Part shown: positions 53,075-62,594 of the stretch, one piece after another
How positions within the stretch are numbered: the first letter of the stretch is position 1
Layout: the number at the start of each line of letters is the position of its first letter
Source of the DNA: Bacillales bacterium
GTDB taxonomy: Bacteria; Bacillota; Bacilli; Bacillales; Amphibacillaceae
Assembly: GCA_029257405.1 (NCBI GenBank)
Contig: JARIBO010000041.1
Span: 11,688 to 75,687 of the forward strand
DNA length: 64,000 bases
Direction of reading: 5' to 3'
Notes under the pieces: model-generated
The model's input: only the letters and a program-made list of their open reading frames with translations
What the model was told of the DNA's origin: nothing
Database searches by the model: none
Translations under genes and position numbers: made by a program

Positions 53075-54715
53075 ATGTATTTAACTGTTGAAGAAATCAT
53101 GAAATTAAAAATTTTCGAACAAGCACGTATATTAACAGGCATCGAACACTTAACAAAAGAAGAATTTAATTGGGTATCGATTATCGAAGGACCTGTTGAA
53201 GGGTTTGTTAAAGAAAAAGAATTAGTGTTAACAAAAGGTATCGAATACGCTGAAGATCCTGAGTTATTAATTAATTTTGTAAAAGAAGTATATGATTCAG
53301 GTGCGGCAGCACTAGGAATTGCAGTAGGGCGCTATATATTAGAAGTACCCTCAGAAGTCACCGAGTTTGCAAATGAAAATAATTTTATCTTAATTGAGTT
53401 ACCACTCGAAATAAGGTTTACAGATATTCAAAAGCAAGTGATGTCATTAATAAATGAAAAACAAAATGATATATCAGCACGCGCAGAGCGCATTCAAAAA
53501 AGATTAATCAACCTTGTTATCCAAGGAAAGAATTTAAAAGATTTAATTAAATATATTGAAGCAGAGCTTGGTTGGCAACTTGTTTTTATTGATAGTGAAT
53601 CAAGACTTGGTGATCTTACTGAGGTAGATAGTAAACTATTAAATTTATGGGAATCTGTTACAGGAAATAGTGATTTTGAAGTAACAGAATATGCCCATCA
53701 TTTAAAAATGATTAAGTATCAAAATTATAATATATTGAAAAAAGATGTATCTATGGATACAGGTCAAATAGGAGAAAGCGGTTTTATTCTGCGCTTAAAT
53801 AAAAATGAAGAGCTAACACCAGGTATTTTTCAAATAATTGAAAGTTTATCAGCTGCGACTGCTCTTTGGATTTCACGTGAAGATGCGATTTTAAAAACGG
53901 AATTACGTTTACGTAATGATTTTATTTGGAATTTAGCAAAAACGCCTGATATTGTAATTGATAATCAAATCAAATCAAGAGCAAAATTATTTGGATATAA
54001 ATTAAATGTCCCTTATATATGTCTTGTTGGCTATCCAGAAAATTTTGATGATTTAGCAAAAAATAGATATGATAGTGATTTATTTGGTTTTAAAAATAGT
54101 GTTTATTATATCGAAGAAGAAGTTCAGCATGCTGCTGCTTTTTTGAAAAAAGCTGTTGTATTTACTTATTCTAACAATGAACTGATTATTTTTTTAGAAG
54201 ATGACGGGGATATAGGTAATGTAAATATATTTTTAGATCTTGTTGAAAAAAAACTAAATACGCTTATGCCAGGAGCAATTATTTCTTGGGGAATAGGAAA
54301 AGATGCAGATGGCATCTTACAATTTCATGAAAGTTATAAAAAAGCAACCTCAGCTTTAGAGATAGGAAGAAAGCAAAGTGGTCCAGGAGAACGCACGCAT
54401 TATAAAGAAACAGAATTAAATCGTCTATTAATGATACTTGAAAAAAATGAAGAAATTAAAGAAATTGTAAAAAAAGTACTCATGCCACTCATTTTGTATG
54501 ATAGCCAAAAAGAAATGAATTTAATTGAGACGTATATTGTGTATGATAAACATAATAAAAATGTCAGCCAATCAGCGAGATCACTAAATTTGCATAGGCA
54601 ATCATTATTATACCGGTTAAGTAAAATTGAGGCACTTACAGGACTATCTTTAGATAACTCAAACGATGCCTTACTTTTAAATTTAAGTATTAAACTTTAT
54701 ACGCACTCATTTTAA
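53075..54715 (+). CDS. PucR-family transcriptional regulator
   Basis: N-terminal PurC-like regulatory domain. C-terminal PucR HTH NVSQSARSLNLHRQSLLYRLSKIE. ATG 53075 after GGGAGG. Confidence 0.8.
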   Translation: MYLTVEEIMKLKIFEQARILTGIEHLTKEEFNWVSIIEGPVEGFVKEKELVLTKGIEYAEDPELLINFVKEVYDSGAAALGIAVGRYILEVPSEVTEFANENNFILIELPLEIRFTDIQKQVMSLINEKQNDISARAERIQKRLINLVIQGKNLKDLIKYIEAELGWQLVFIDSESRLGDLTEVDSKLLNLWESVTGNSDFEVTEYAHHLKMIKYQNYNILKKDVSMDTGQIGESGFILRLNKNEELTPGIFQIIESLSAATALWISREDAILKTELRLRNDFIWNLAKTPDIVIDNQIKSRAKLFGYKLNVPYICLVGYPENFDDLAKNRYDSDLFGFKNSVYYIEEEVQHAAAFLKKAVVFTYSNNELIIFLEDDGDIGNVNIFLDLVEKKLNTLMPGAIISWGIGKDADGILQFHESYKKATSALEIGRKQSGPGERTHYKETELNRLLMILEKNEEIKEIVKKVLMPLILYDSQKEMNLIETYIVYDKHNKNVSQSARSLNLHRQSLLYRLSKIEALTGLSLDNSNDALLLNLSIKLYTHSF

Positions 54716-54838
54716 TTTTATTCTAAACTGTCTAAAAAAGTCACAGAAAGTTCATACATTTTGTCGAATGCATTATCCCTTATGAAAGCGTATTCTTTAG
54801 TTAGGTTATAAAAAGATTATTCTTTAGGGGTGATGAAT

Positions 54839-56245
54839 ATGCCAGCGATTAATAAAGAAAGTATTGAAAATAAATTAATCCAGTTAGAACAACAAAATGT
54901 AGAAGATTTAATTGATTTAAAGCTTAAGCAAACAGAAGCTGAATTAAGAGAATTAGATTTAAAACACTTTATTCATCCAAGTACTCCAATGAAAACTTTT
55001 GCTGAAAATGGTCCAACAATCATATTTACTAAAGGCGAAGGAATTCATTTAACAGACATTAATGGACGTAAGTATATAGATGGTTTATCTTCATTATGGA
55101 ATGTGAATGTAGGGCATGGTCGATCTGAAATTGGTGAGGTTGCGATGAAACAAATGAGCACATTAGCTTTTTCATCGACATTTAATTCATTAAGTCATGA
55201 ACCAGCAATCAGACTAGCTGCAGAAATCGCTAAATGGACACCAGGAGACTTAAATGCAACGTTCTTTACTTCAGGTGGTTCAGATTCAAATGATACGGCA
55301 TTTAAGACAATACGCCATTATTGGATGTTAAAAGGGAAACCTGAAAAAAATAAAATTATCTCACGTAAAAAATCATATCACGGTATTTCAATTGGTTCGA
55401 CATCTGCAACGGGAATTGAAGAGTTTAGAAATTTTACAAATTCATTATCCCCTAATTTTCATTATGTAGATAGTACAATTGAAGCCTTGAAAGAAAAAAT
55501 TGAAACTGAAGGTGCAGATACAATTGCGGCGTTTATCTCGGAGCCTGTTCAAGGAGCTGGTGGGGTAAATATTCCAACTAAAGCTTATTTTAAAGAAGTG
55601 AGAAGATTATGCGATATGCACGATATTATCTTTATTGCAGATGAAGTAATCACAGGTTTCGGTCGTACAGGTAAAAACTTTGGGATTGAGAACTTTGACG
55701 TGATACCTGATATTATTACAATCGCAAAAGGAGTCACAAGTGGTTACGCTCCTTTAGGTGGGATGATTATGTCAGATCGTTTATATAAAGATCTTCAAGC
55801 ACATTCAGTAGGAAACTTTTTCCAAGGTTATACTTATAGTGGTCATCCAATGGCAACTGCAGTCGCACTCAAAAACTTAGAAATAATAAAAGAAGAAAAA
55901 TTAATTGAAAATATACGTGCTCGTGGTGAACAGATGTTAGAAGGATTTAAACAAATCCAAAAAGAAAATTTAAATATAATAGATGTCCGCGGAATCGGGC
56001 TAATGGGCGCAATCCAATTTAAGCGTAATATTGATGAAGAGCCAATTGGTCCTGAAATTGTCGCAGAAGCTTTAAATCGGGGACTCATTTTACGTACAAT
56101 TTTCTATGATAATCAAGATACACTTGCATTAGCTCCTCCGTTTGTTGTTACAGAAGCTGAAATGGATGAATTATTAAATATTTTAAATGAATCGATTAAA
56201 GTTGTTCAGCAAAAAAATGTAAAAATTGATGTCTTTACTCATTAA
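54839..56245 (+). CDS. Class III PLP-dependent aminotransferase (omega-transaminase type)
   Basis: FIADEVITGFGRTGK and PLP-lysine context TIAKGVTSGYAPLG. Confidence 0.88.
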   Translation: MPAINKESIENKLIQLEQQNVEDLIDLKLKQTEAELRELDLKHFIHPSTPMKTFAENGPTIIFTKGEGIHLTDINGRKYIDGLSSLWNVNVGHGRSEIGEVAMKQMSTLAFSSTFNSLSHEPAIRLAAEIAKWTPGDLNATFFTSGGSDSNDTAFKTIRHYWMLKGKPEKNKIISRKKSYHGISIGSTSATGIEEFRNFTNSLSPNFHYVDSTIEALKEKIETEGADTIAAFISEPVQGAGGVNIPTKAYFKEVRRLCDMHDIIFIADEVITGFGRTGKNFGIENFDVIPDIITIAKGVTSGYAPLGGMIMSDRLYKDLQAHSVGNFFQGYTYSGHPMATAVALKNLEIIKEEKLIENIRARGEQMLEGFKQIQKENLNIIDVRGIGLMGAIQFKRNIDEEPIGPEIVAEALNRGLILRTIFYDNQDTLALAPPFVVTEAEMDELLNILNESIKVVQQKNVKIDVFTH

Positions 56246-56250
56246 ACATA

Positions 56251-56288
56251 AAAAAATCGTTGTTGATTTTATCAACAACGATTTTTTT
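56251..56288. terminator. Bidirectional rho-independent terminator
   Basis: AAAAAATCGTTGTTGAT-TTT-ATCAACAACGATTTTTTT. Confidence 0.8.
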
Positions 56289-56442
56289 ATTCTATATCAG
56301 TTTCGAGTCCTTTTTTGATTAAAGCTCTAATTGTTTCATTTTTACCACGAATATTATGAGTCTCTTGATACTTATCAATCTGTTGATCAAGATCGACAGG
56401 TAGCATAACCATTATATGGGTATTTCTATCTTTTATCGACAT
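56287..56442 (-). CDS. 51-aa ribbon-helix-helix (CopG/Arc/MetJ-like) protein (not in ORF track)
   Basis: My translation: MSIKDRNTHIMVMLPVDLDQQIDKYQETHNIRGKNETIRALIKKGLETDIE. Beta-strand then two helices. SD GAGAGGTGA 5 nt upstream of the ATG. Confidence 0.55.
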   Translation of the reverse strand: MSIKDRNTHIMVMLPVDLDQQIDKYQETHNIRGKNETIRALIKKGLETDIE

Positions 56443-56599
56443 GTGCTCACCTCTCATCTATTATACCTCAATAATGCTATTAAATCAATGTTAATTAGAG
56501 CTTGTGATTTTTTGGAGGTTTAAAAAGCAATTATGATATGTAATCACTTCTTTAATCTCTATTTTCATGGTAAGTTTAAATTAAAATAAAATTGAATGG

Positions 56600-57793
56600 A
56601 TGAAAAGAATGATTGAAGTAAAATTAACTAACCAAGCTGCACAGAATATTAAACAAGGCTATCCATTAATTATGAAAGATGCATTAGTAGATAGTAAACA
56701 ATTAAAAAAAGAGGGTACATTATTTAAAATAGTAGATTCAAGTAATAATTATTTAGCAACAGCATATTATGGTATACAAAATAAAGGTATCGGCTGGGTG
56801 TTATCTCGAAATAAAAAAGAAACAATTGATGCGTCATTTTTTAAAGAGAAAATAACACAAGCCTTAAAGAAACGTGAGAATTTTTATCAAAATCCTGAAA
56901 CGACAGCTTTCCGAATCTTTAATAGTGAAGGTGATGGTATCGGAGGCGTAACAATTGATTATTATGCAGGTTATTATTTAATCGATTGGTATAGCGAGGG
57001 GATTTATGCTTATCGAAAAGATATTTATCACGTGTTAGAAACTGCGCAAAACTATCAAGGTATTTATGAAAAGAAGCGATTTGATAAACAAGGAAAATAC
57101 ATTGAGCAAGATGATTTCGTTATGGGAGAGCGAGCAGAATTTCCATTAATTATAAAAGAAAATGGAATGAATTATGCTGTTAATTTAAATGATGGTGCAA
57201 TGACTGGTATCTTTTTAGATCAGCGAAATGTGCGTGGATTAATTCGAAATAAATATGCGCATAAAAAATTAGTCTTAAATACTTTTTCTTATACAGGCGC
57301 GTTTTCAGTTGCTGCTTTATATGGAGGGGCAAAAAAGACAATTAATGTTGATTTAGCTAAACGAAGTAAAGTAATGACAGAAGAACAATTTAAAGTAAAT
57401 GAACTAGATTACGAAGCGCAAGAGATTCGAGTAATGGATGTATTTAATTACTTCCGTTATGCTAAACGTCACGAATTAGAGTTCGACATCGTTATTTTAG
57501 ACCCACCAAGCTTTGCTCGTTCAAAGAAATTTACGTTTAGTACAGCAAAAGATTATCCTGAGTTGATTAGTGATACGATTGCAATTACTAAACAAAATGG
57601 AGTTATAGTTGCCTCAACAAACAATGCGAGTTTTGGCATGAAGAAATTCAAACAATTAATTGATCAAGGATTTAAACAGTCAAATGTGCAGTATAAGATA
57701 CTAGAAGAAGAATACTTACCAGAAGATTTTAAAACAAATAAGAACTATCCAGAGTCTAATTATTTAAAGGTTGTCTTTTTAGAAAAGTTATAA
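56600..57793 (+). CDS. Class I SAM-dependent rRNA (cytosine-C5) methyltransferase, RlmI/YwbD-like with N-terminal PUA domain
   Basis: VLNTFSYTGAFSVAA (SAM motif I) and DIVILDPPSFARSKK (motif IV). Confidence 0.78.
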   Translation: MKRMIEVKLTNQAAQNIKQGYPLIMKDALVDSKQLKKEGTLFKIVDSSNNYLATAYYGIQNKGIGWVLSRNKKETIDASFFKEKITQALKKRENFYQNPETTAFRIFNSEGDGIGGVTIDYYAGYYLIDWYSEGIYAYRKDIYHVLETAQNYQGIYEKKRFDKQGKYIEQDDFVMGERAEFPLIIKENGMNYAVNLNDGAMTGIFLDQRNVRGLIRNKYAHKKLVLNTFSYTGAFSVAALYGGAKKTINVDLAKRSKVMTEEQFKVNELDYEAQEIRVMDVFNYFRYAKRHELEFDIVILDPPSFARSKKFTFSTAKDYPELISDTIAITKQNGVIVASTNNASFGMKKFKQLIDQGFKQSNVQYKILEEEYLPEDFKTNKNYPESNYLKVVFLEKL

Positions 57794-57833
57794 GAAAACC
57801 GCATTCATTAATTTGAATGCGGTTTTTCTTTCT
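57794..57833. terminator. Bidirectional rho-independent terminator
   Basis: GAAAACCGCATTCA-N6-TGAATGCGGTTTTTC. The right arm encodes the last codons of the convergent YibE/F gene. Confidence 0.8.
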
Positions 57834-58587
57834 TATGTTGACTGACTAAATAATATGCATTAATTGCTGATGCGATTGGAATAATTAAAGCAATGCCAAT
57901 TCCAGCAAAGGAGATAATTAACATTTCTGCCCCAAAAATCTTTGAATTAGCAATTTGGCCAATCGTATAAGATAAATCTTTAAACCATAACAACAGTGCC
58001 ATATATCCTCCAAAAAATGCAAAAAATAAAGTGTTGGCATTTGAACCTAGAATATCTCGGCCAATTGTTAAGCCAGAAGTAAATAACTCTTTTTGACTGA
58101 TATGTGGTTTGTGTTCGTAAATTTCTCGCATTGGAGATGTAATTGAAATAGCCATATCAGTTATTGCACCGATTGTACTCATAATGATAACAGAAGTCGC
58201 AACTTTCATTAAATCAACCCCAATAAATAATGAAAAGATACTTAATTCATCAATTTCTTCTTCACCAAAGCCTTGAATCATTGTTTTTTTTGTAACAAAA
58301 TGAATAAAAATTAACAAAAGAGAAATGGTAATAACTGTTGAAATAAAAGCAACGACTGTTTTACTATTTATCTTATTAATGAAAAATAAATTAATGGAAC
58401 TGATTGCAATACAAGCAATTAAAGTGATAATAATTGGATTTGCACTCTCGTCTGTCATGAAAAGAATCGTTAAGATAATCACAATAAAATTTAAAAATAA
58501 AGAAAAGAAAGATCTTGCACCTTTTTTACCGCCTATAGCAATCATTAATATAGCTAGAATAACTGTTAATAAAAAAAGTACATTCAT
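57808..58587 (-). CDS. YibE/F-family membrane protein (short)
   Basis: Polytopic membrane protein. 4-nt overlap with the upstream paralogue. Confidence 0.72.
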   Translation of the reverse strand: MNVLFLLTVILAILMIAIGGKKGARSFFSLFLNFIVIILTILFMTDESANPIIITLIACIAISSINLFFINKINSKTVVAFISTVITISLLLIFIHFVTKKTMIQGFGEEEIDELSIFSLFIGVDLMKVATSVIIMSTIGAITDMAISITSPMREIYEHKPHISQKELFTSGLTIGRDILGSNANTLFFAFFGGYMALLLWFKDLSYTIGQIANSKIFGAEMLIISFAGIGIALIIPIASAINAYYLVSQHKKEKPHSN

Positions 58588-59714
58588 AATTTAGCCTTCT
58601 TTCTATTTAAGAAAAAGAGTGATACGTAAAGTCCAATCGGAATTGTTAATACAATTCCGATACCACCTGCAAGTGCTCTTGCAATTTCAAGTGATAGATT
58701 CATAGAGATTGTAAATAGAAAAGGCGATCCATTTTTTAAGTATAAAATCATAATTGGAATGGCACCACTTAAATAAGCAAAAAACAATATATTAGTCATT
58801 GTTCCCATTATATCTTTTCCAATATCCATTGCAGATTTTTTTAGCGCATAAAGAGAAATGTTATTATTTTTTTCATAAAGTTCAAAAATAGATGATGACA
58901 TTGTAATAGCAACATCCATAACGGCGCCAAGCGAACCAACAAATACACCTGCCATAAAGACTAGTTTATAAGGGCGCGTTAAAAAGTCCATCGCTTCATA
59001 CCGAAGGCCTTCTTCATTAGTGAGGACTAAGACCAAATAAGCGATTAAAACAGAGATAAATGTACCAATTAAAGTTGCAACGATTGCTGCAAATGTTTTT
59101 TCATTTACGCCATTAACGAGTAATAAAGAACTAATTGTAAAAATAATCACACAAATACTTATAACAAAAAGTAAATTAACATTGTAATTATGAACGTAAA
59201 TATCAAGTGCAAAAGATAAAATAAGTGCATTAATACCTAGACTAACAACTGCAAACAAGCCTTGTTTTTTACCAATTAAAATAAGAGTAAAAATAAATAT
59301 CCAAGCAATATAGACAATATATTTATCTCGTTTCACATTTGTAACAGAAGCTGTTAATGGTTCTTTAGTTTTACTAAGAGAAACAAAAAGTTCATTGCCA
59401 GAACTATAAGCTTGATCATATGCGCCGGCGATAGAATAATCATTTGTTAGTTCGATTGTTTGACCTATGTATTTTCCATTTTTTATTTCAGCTTGAATTG
59501 TTTGTGTCGAAAGGATGTCTTTATTGTTATAATTATCAACTGTATCTGTTTGTTCGATAAGTTTAGTGTCTAGTACTTTCACAATTGTATTTGTATAAAA
59601 TGAGTGGTTATTATTTACAAAAATAATTGAACTAAAAAACCCAACTATAATAATGATGGAGACAATTATTTGTACGATACTTAATTGTTTGATTTTGTTA
59701 GAAATAAATCTCAA
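58584..59714 (-). CDS. YibE/F-family membrane protein (long, with extracytoplasmic N-terminal domain)
   Basis: TM1, about 110-aa loop, then a polytopic YibE/F core. Confidence 0.72.
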   Translation of the reverse strand: MRFISNKIKQLSIVQIIVSIIIIVGFFSSIIFVNNNHSFYTNTIVKVLDTKLIEQTDTVDNYNNKDILSTQTIQAEIKNGKYIGQTIELTNDYSIAGAYDQAYSSGNELFVSLSKTKEPLTASVTNVKRDKYIVYIAWIFIFTLILIGKKQGLFAVVSLGINALILSFALDIYVHNYNVNLLFVISICVIIFTISSLLLVNGVNEKTFAAIVATLIGTFISVLIAYLVLVLTNEEGLRYEAMDFLTRPYKLVFMAGVFVGSLGAVMDVAITMSSSIFELYEKNNNISLYALKKSAMDIGKDIMGTMTNILFFAYLSGAIPIMILYLKNGSPFLFTISMNLSLEIARALAGGIGIVLTIPIGLYVSLFFLNRKKAKL

Positions 59715-59863
59715 TATAATTGCCTCCCATTTAAATACTATCTTTAAGTGTAACTTAAAAAATATTAAAGATAAACAAATTAATAACAGTCTGATAAATA
59801 TTTAAAGCAAATTAAATAATGTGATACAATTATTGGTAAAACTTTAATTAAGGTTGTGAATAA

Positions 59864-60235
59864 ATGTCGCGTGAAAAAGAAGTTTTATGGAGAGAAAATA
59901 AATACGAAGTTATGTCCCATTCTGAAAACATGTACCGGTTAATTCAAAAATCAATAAGCGAACTTACATTCAAAGAACTATCTGAACAAATTAATCGAGC
60001 TAAAGCAATACCAAGAACGAAAGGTTCCGTAACTAACACTTATCAACATATTTGGGGCTATTTTAAAAAGCAAGCAACAAAAGAAGAGAAAATGAACACG
60101 TTTATGTTACTTGAAGAATTTCAAGGAGATAAAGAAAAAGATGAAAATTTATGGAGGTGGCTAGCCTATTTAACTGTTAAATATGAACAAGCTTACTTAT
60201 TGCAAAGCTCCTTAATTACTAAATATATTAATTAA
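59864..60235 (+). CDS. DUF1722 (YbgA-like) protein
   Basis: WRENKYEVMSHS...YQHIWGYFKK pattern resembles the C-terminal domain of E. coli YbgA (from memory). Confidence 0.5.
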   Translation: MSREKEVLWRENKYEVMSHSENMYRLIQKSISELTFKELSEQINRAKAIPRTKGSVTNTYQHIWGYFKKQATKEEKMNTFMLLEEFQGDKEKDENLWRWLAYLTVKYEQAYLLQSSLITKYIN

Positions 60236-60296
60236 ATGTTATTAAATTCAAATAAAGGGTATGAATGGCTTATAGACAAGAAGGGAGTCGATTCTT

Positions 60297-61850
60297 TTGC
60301 ATAATAAATTTTGGAAAAATCCAGTCTTTTTAATATCTTCAATTACAATCTTTATCTTAGTTGTTTTAGGGGCAACTCTCCCAGTCCGATTTGGTGAAGT
60401 ATCTAATGTTTTATACAATTTTACACAAATTAATTTTGGTTGGTTGTACTTATTAACAGTTTTTGCTATTATAGTTTTTCTTGCTGGATTAACATTAAGT
60501 AAATATGGTGCGATCCGATTAGGTGGTGACAAATCACGACCAGATTATCCATTCTTTACATGGATTGGGATGCTTTTCTCAGCAGGTTTTGGTGCGAGTC
60601 TTGTGTTTTGGGGAATAGCTGAACCAATGAGTCATTTCTTTACTTCGCCAACAACAGGTGTAGCAAATCAATCTGTTGAAGCAGCACGTGTTGCTATGGG
60701 TTACTCATTCTTTCACTGGGGATTTTCTCAGTGGGCTGTGTTTGGTATTGTGGGACTTGTTATTGCATTCTTGCAATTTAGAAAAGAAAAAGATGGTTTA
60801 GTTTCAACTGCTCTTGAACCTGTTGTTGGATCAAATAAAGTAGTTAAAGGCGGAATTGATTCTTTTGCTGTTGTTGCGACAGTCATGGGAATTGCAACAT
60901 CACTTGGTCTTGGAATATTACAAATGGGTGGTGGACTTGAAGCTGTATTTGGTTTAAAAAATGGTATTCCCTTGCAAATGATTATTATTGTAGTCGTTTT
61001 TGGAGGGTATATGCTTTCTTCTTCAACAGGACTAAATAAAGGAATTCGTTATTTAGGTAACTTTAACTTAGCTTTAGCGCTTTTATTGCTCTTATTCTTT
61101 TTCATAGTGGGTCCAACTGTATTTATTATAGAAACATTTACGCTCGCTATTGGAGATTTCATCTCAAACTTTATAAATTATAGTTTAAGATTAGAGCCTT
61201 ATGAAGGTGGTACCTGGGTAAATGACTGGACAATATTCTACTGGGCATGGGCAATCGCTTGGTCCCCGTTTGTTGGTGCTTTTGTAGCTCGAGTTTCTAA
61301 AGGAAGAACGATTCGCGAGTTCATTATTGGTGTTGTCGTAGTACCTCCAACTCTTGCAATGCTTTGGATTGCAACACTAGGTGGAACAGCTTTACATAGT
61401 GATTTAAAAAACGGAACAAACATTGCAGAAGCGGTAGATAATGATATAACGAGTGCTCTTTTTGCGACGATGGAACATCTCCCATTTACAACGTTATTAT
61501 CTATATTAGCAGTTATTTTAATCGCTACATTTTTAGTAACTTCAGCAGATTCGGCAACGTATATATTATCAAGTATGACAACAAATGGGAGTCTACTCCC
61601 ACCACTTATTGTTAAAGTTGTTTGGGGAGTATTAATGTCTGCAATTGCGGGTGTTTTACTTTATACAGGGGGGTTAGAAGCATTACAAACTGCTTCACTT
61701 GTCTCCGCTTTACCATTTACTTTACTTCTCATACTCTTGATGGTTTCAATTGTTAAATTACTCAAAAAAGAACCAATAACTGTGAGAGCAGTCGATGTAA
61801 GGCAATATGAAGAAGTAAGAAAAGAAGCGGAAAAACAAAATGATGATTAA
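60297..61850 (+). CDS. BCCT-family betaine/choline/carnitine transporter
   Basis: BCCT signature WTIFYWAWAIAWSPFVGAFVARVSKGRTIREF. 12 TM. TTG start. Confidence 0.9.
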   Translation: MHNKFWKNPVFLISSITIFILVVLGATLPVRFGEVSNVLYNFTQINFGWLYLLTVFAIIVFLAGLTLSKYGAIRLGGDKSRPDYPFFTWIGMLFSAGFGASLVFWGIAEPMSHFFTSPTTGVANQSVEAARVAMGYSFFHWGFSQWAVFGIVGLVIAFLQFRKEKDGLVSTALEPVVGSNKVVKGGIDSFAVVATVMGIATSLGLGILQMGGGLEAVFGLKNGIPLQMIIIVVVFGGYMLSSSTGLNKGIRYLGNFNLALALLLLLFFFIVGPTVFIIETFTLAIGDFISNFINYSLRLEPYEGGTWVNDWTIFYWAWAIAWSPFVGAFVARVSKGRTIREFIIGVVVVPPTLAMLWIATLGGTALHSDLKNGTNIAEAVDNDITSALFATMEHLPFTTLLSILAVILIATFLVTSADSATYILSSMTTNGSLLPPLIVKVVWGVLMSAIAGVLLYTGGLEALQTASLVSALPFTLLLILLMVSIVKLLKKEPITVRAVDVRQYEEVRKEAEKQNDD

Positions 61851-61852
61851 TA

Positions 61853-61889
61853 AAAAACTACCTTAAAATTTTAAGGTAGTTTTTATTTT
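61853..61889. terminator. Bidirectional rho-independent terminator
   Basis: AAAAACTACCTTAAAA-TTTTAAGGTAGTTTTT palindrome. Confidence 0.8.
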
Positions 61890-62494
61890 CGATAAGCAGA
61901 GACATAGGGATTATTTTTGATTGAAAATCGCCAAGGATAATTAGCTGCTTCGCCTGAGTTTGCGATTCCGACACGTGGACCGATTTGAATTTGATTTTCA
62001 TTTATAGGTGGAGCATGACTAATATAAAGAGGTTTTTCAAACAATTGATGTCCATAGTAGTCCATTCCTATACTAAGAGCTTTCGTTAATTTACCCGGAC
62101 CATTTGTTAAGTCAACTTCTTTTTTTATATGTGGTCGATTTAATTTCATTTGTTTTAGCCCGCTAACAGGTTCAATTGCTCGAATTAAAATCGCATGAGG
62201 AACTGATCTTGGTCCAGCAACGACATTAATTAAGACGTGTGTATGCATTTGATAACAATAAAGCAACCCGGGATGTTGATACATGATTTCTGTTCGTTTC
62301 GTTCGTAAAGAATTAAAACTATGAGCAGCTCTATCAAGAGGTCCTTGATAAGCTTCAGTTTCGACAATTTTTCCGATCAATGTTTGATCTTTATATTCAT
62401 GAACAATTAATTTACCAAGTAATTGTTTAGCTAAGTCGAGTGTAGTTCTTTCAAAAAAACTGGAATCTATTGGTTTAAGGTTAATTATAATCAA
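61883..62494 (-). CDS. mpg: DNA-3-methyladenine glycosylase (AAG/MPG family)
   Basis: About 200 aa with ETEAYQGP and GPGKLTKAL motifs of the Mpg/YxlJ family. Confidence 0.85.
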   Translation of the reverse strand: MIIINLKPIDSSFFERTTLDLAKQLLGKLIVHEYKDQTLIGKIVETEAYQGPLDRAAHSFNSLRTKRTEIMYQHPGLLYCYQMHTHVLINVVAGPRSVPHAILIRAIEPVSGLKQMKLNRPHIKKEVDLTNGPGKLTKALSIGMDYYGHQLFEKPLYISHAPPINENQIQIGPRVGIANSGEAANYPWRFSIKNNPYVSAYRK

Positions 62495-62594
62495 CTCCTC
62501 ATGTATAATGTAGAATAAGGGTAAATAGTATTAAGCTTAGAAATATGATAACATTTATTTAACGAAAATATCTAGCAGAAATGAAGTTGATAAA

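Noticed and set aside
60248-60532. 94-aa minus-strand ORF overlapping the BCCT transporter start
   Set aside because: It is antisense to the conserved N-terminal TM region of the transporter, has a basic low-complexity product and lacks an SD.
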